In this document: piece after piece, positions 61,241 to 64,000 of the stretch
How the letters are laid out: each line of letters begins with the position of its first letter
Numbering within the stretch: the first letter of the stretch is position 1
NCBI RefSeq assembly: GCF_009914755.1
Contig: NC_060927.1
Reading direction: 5' to 3' (one strand)
Length of the DNA: 64,000 nucleotides
DNA from: the human T2T-CHM13v2.0 reference genome, Homo sapiens
Position numbers and translations under genes: made by a program
The notes under the pieces: generated by a model
What the model was told of the DNA's origin: nothing
Databases searched by the model: none
Seen by the model: the letters and a program-made list of their open reading frames with translations, nothing else

Positions 61241-64000
61241 ATCAAAGTACACCAGATATATATTCTATAGTGTACATAAAATATCAAAGTACCCAAACTA
61301 TACATTATATACTGTACATAAATATGAAATTACATCAAATATATATTATATTAGGTACATAAAATATGAAAGTACATGAAGTATAGATTATATACTGTAG
61401 ATAAAATATCAAAGTACCCCAAATTTATATTATATACTATACATGAAATATCAAAGTTCACAAACTATATATTATATACTGTACATAAAATATCAAAGTA
61501 CCCAAGGTATATATTCTATAGTGTACAAAAAATATCAAAGTACCCAAAGCATGTATTATATACCGTACATAAAATATAAAATTACATCAAATATATATTT
61601 TATTCTGTACATAAAATATCAAAATACACCAGATATATATACTATAGTGTACATAAAATATCAAAGTACCCAAACTATACATTATACACTGTACATAAAA
61701 TATGAAATTACATCAAATATATATTAGGTACATAAAATATGAAAGTACATCAAATATAGATTATATACTGTAAATATTATATCAATGTACCCCAAATATA
61801 TATTTTATACTCTACATGAAATATCAAAGTTCACAAACCATATATTATATACTGTACATAAAATATCAAAGTACCCAAGGTATATATTCTATACTGAACA
61901 AAAAATATCAAAGTACCCAAAGCATGTATTATATACTGTACATAAAATATGAAAGTACATCAAATATATATTTTATTCTGTACATAAAATATCAAAGTAC
62001 ACCAGATATATATTCTATAGTGTACATAAAATATCAAAGTACCCAAACTATACATTATATACTGTACATAAAATATGAAATTACATCAAATATATATTAT
62101 ATTTGGTACATGAAATATGAAAGTACATCAAATATAGATTATATACTGTACATAAAATATGAAAGTACCCCAAATATATATTATATACTCTACATGAAAT
62201 ATCAAAGTTCACAAACTATATATTATATACTGTACATAAAATATCAAAGTACCCAAGGTATATATTCTATACTGTACAAAAAATATCAAAGTATCCAAAG
62301 CATGTATTATATACTGTATATAAAATATGAAAGTACATGAAATATATATTTTATTCTGTACATAAAATATCAAAGTACACCAGATATATATTCTATAGTG
62401 TACATAAAATATCAAAGTACCCAAACTATACATTATATACTGTACATAAAATATGAAATTACAGCAAATATATATTATATTAGGTACATAAAATATGAAA
62501 GTACATCAAATATAGATTATATACTGTACATTAAATACCAAAGTACCCCAAATATATATTTTATACTGTACATGAAATATCAAAGTTCACAAACTATATA
62601 TTATATACTGTACATAAAATATCAATGTACCCAAGGTATATATTCTATACTGCACAAAAAATATCAAAGTACCCAAAGCATGTATTATATACTGTATATA
62701 AAATATGAAAGTACATCAAATATATATTTTATTCTGTACATAAAATATCAAAGTACACCAGATATATATTCTATAGTGTACATAAAATAACAAAGTACAC
62801 AAACTATAAATTATATCCTGTACATAAAATATGAAATTATATCAAATATATATTAGGTACATAAAATATGAAAGTACATCAAATATAGATTATATACTGT
62901 ACATTAAGTACCAAAGTACACCAAATATATATTTTATACTCTACATGAAATATCAAAGTTCACAAACCATATATTATATACTGTGCATAAAATATCAAAG
63001 TACCCAAGGTATATATTCTATACTGTACAAAAAATATCAAAGTACCCAAAGCATGTATTATATACTATACATAAAATATGAAATTACATCAAATATATAT
63101 TTTATTCTGTACATAAAATATCAAAGTACACCAGATATATATTCTATAGTGTACATAAAATATCAAAGTACCCAAACTATACATTATATACTGTACATAA
63201 AATGTGAAATTACATAAAATATATATTATATTAGGTACATAAAATATGAAAGTACATCAAATATAGATTATATACTGTACATTAAATACCAATATACCCC
63301 AAATATATATTTTATACTGTACATGAAATATCAAAGTTCACACACTATATATTATATACTGTACATAAAATATCAAAGTACCCAAGGTATATATTCTATA
63401 CTGTACAAAAAACATCAAAGTACCCAAAGCATGTATTATATACTGTACATAAAATATGAAAGTACATCAAATATATATTTTATTCTGTACATAAAATATC
63501 AAAGTACACCAGATATATATTCTATAGTGTACATAAAATAACAAAGTACCCAAACTATACATTATATACTGTACATAAAATATGAAATTACATCAAATAT
63601 ATATTATATTAGGTACATAAAATAAGAAAGTACATCAAATATAGATTATATACTGTACATAAAATATCAAAGTACCCCAAATATATATTATATACTCTAC
63701 ATGAAATATCAAAGTTCACAAACTATATATTATATACTGTACATAAAATATCAAAGTACCCAAGGTATATATTCTATACTGTACAAAAAATATGAAAGTA
63801 TCCAAAGCATGATTTATATACTGTATATAAAATATGAAAGTACATTAAAGATATATTTTATTCTGTACATAAAATATCAAAATACACCAGATATATATTC
63901 TATAGTGTACATAAAATAACAAAGTACACAAACTATAAATTATATACTGTACATAAAATATGAAATTACATCAAATATATATTAGGTACATAAAATATGA

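Larger units (their letters stand above)
1..64000 (+). repeat. HSat1A (SAR / classical satellite I) tandem array, 42-bp monomer, roughly 1,500 monomers, running off both window ends
   Basis: Seen: continuous 42-bp periodicity, e.g. ACATAAAATATCAAAGT + ACCCAAACTATACATTATATACTGT, with GTAC recurring at 17/25-bp spacing, the A-rich strand always on +, and no unique sequence. Established: 17+25-bp RsaI subunits, a 42-bp monomer and a 378-bp HOR are the signature of human HSat1A (large arrays on chr3, 4 and 13 and on acrocentric short arms). The species (human or a close ape) is inferred and the chromosome cannot be assigned here. Confidence 0.96.

Noticed and set aside
62209-62433. The single minus-strand ORF as a sign of an inversion or antisense gene
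   Set aside because: The + strand text continues in the same orientation here. A point variant (acatgaaatatatatttt at ~62339) removes a minus-strand TGA stop.
270-63919. The large set of predicted ORFs (KYQSTxxIYYILY repeats) as protein-coding genes
   Set aside because: They are translations of the 42-bp monomer. Frameshifts and stops are freely amplified along with the repeats, there are no unique domains, and no gene structure is evident.
1-64000. CRISPR-like array (conserved 17-bp half alternating with a more variable 25-bp half)
   Set aside because: The would-be spacers are nine mutually homologous types cycling in fixed order rather than unique sequences, and there are no cas genes or leader.
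1-64000. Alpha satellite, CENP-B boxes, HSat2/3 or HSat1B
   Set aside because: There is no 171-bp period, no TTCG....A..CGGG box, no (CATTC)n tract and no Alu-containing ~2.4-kb unit.
1-64000. Transposon insertions or embedded unique sequence
   Set aside because: Reading through, every line fits the A-I monomers. I saw no poly(A) tail, target-site duplication or GC-richer island.
1-64000. TATA boxes and short palindromes (TATAAA, TGTACA, CTATAG, ATATAT) as promoters or cruciforms
   Set aside because: They are expected in ~80% AT DNA. The palindromes are only about 6-10 bp and the TA runs are short, with no supporting context.
1-64000. AT-rich protist, organellar or phage repeat-protein locus
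   Set aside because: The 17+25-bp, 42-bp and 378-bp hierarchy is accounted for by HSat1A, and the frequent frame disruption is incompatible with a repeat protein.

Overview
The whole 64 kb is one uninterrupted, single-orientation, very AT-rich (about 80% by eye) satellite array. It matches human satellite 1A (HSat1A/SAR, classical satellite I): a 42-bp monomer that GTAC (RsaI) sites cut into alternating 17-bp and 25-bp halves, arranged as a 378-bp 9-monomer higher-order repeat (HOR; monomers called A-I here). I see no genes, RNA genes, transposons or CRISPR arrays. The ORF track is an artefact of a 42-bp (14-codon) repeat with one stop-poor frame, but its coordinates give a precise ruler for repeat structure. 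With it I resolve length variants of the HOR (373, 377, 251/252, 336, 499, 536 and 583 bp), nested super-repeats of 4881/4882 and 4835/4836 bp, a near-identical ~4.8-kb duplication at offset 6233, a more diverged central domain (~31-40.5 kb), and a copy of that domain's start 31,485 bp downstream. Two speculative functional leads stand out. The + strand carries about 5-6 Pumilio elements (TGTAHATA) per HOR, and the - strand carries a complete-looking poly(A) signal once per HOR. No new biological system is demonstrated by the sequence alone. All offsets were derived by hand from ORF coordinates and marker variants, so block boundaries are approximate.
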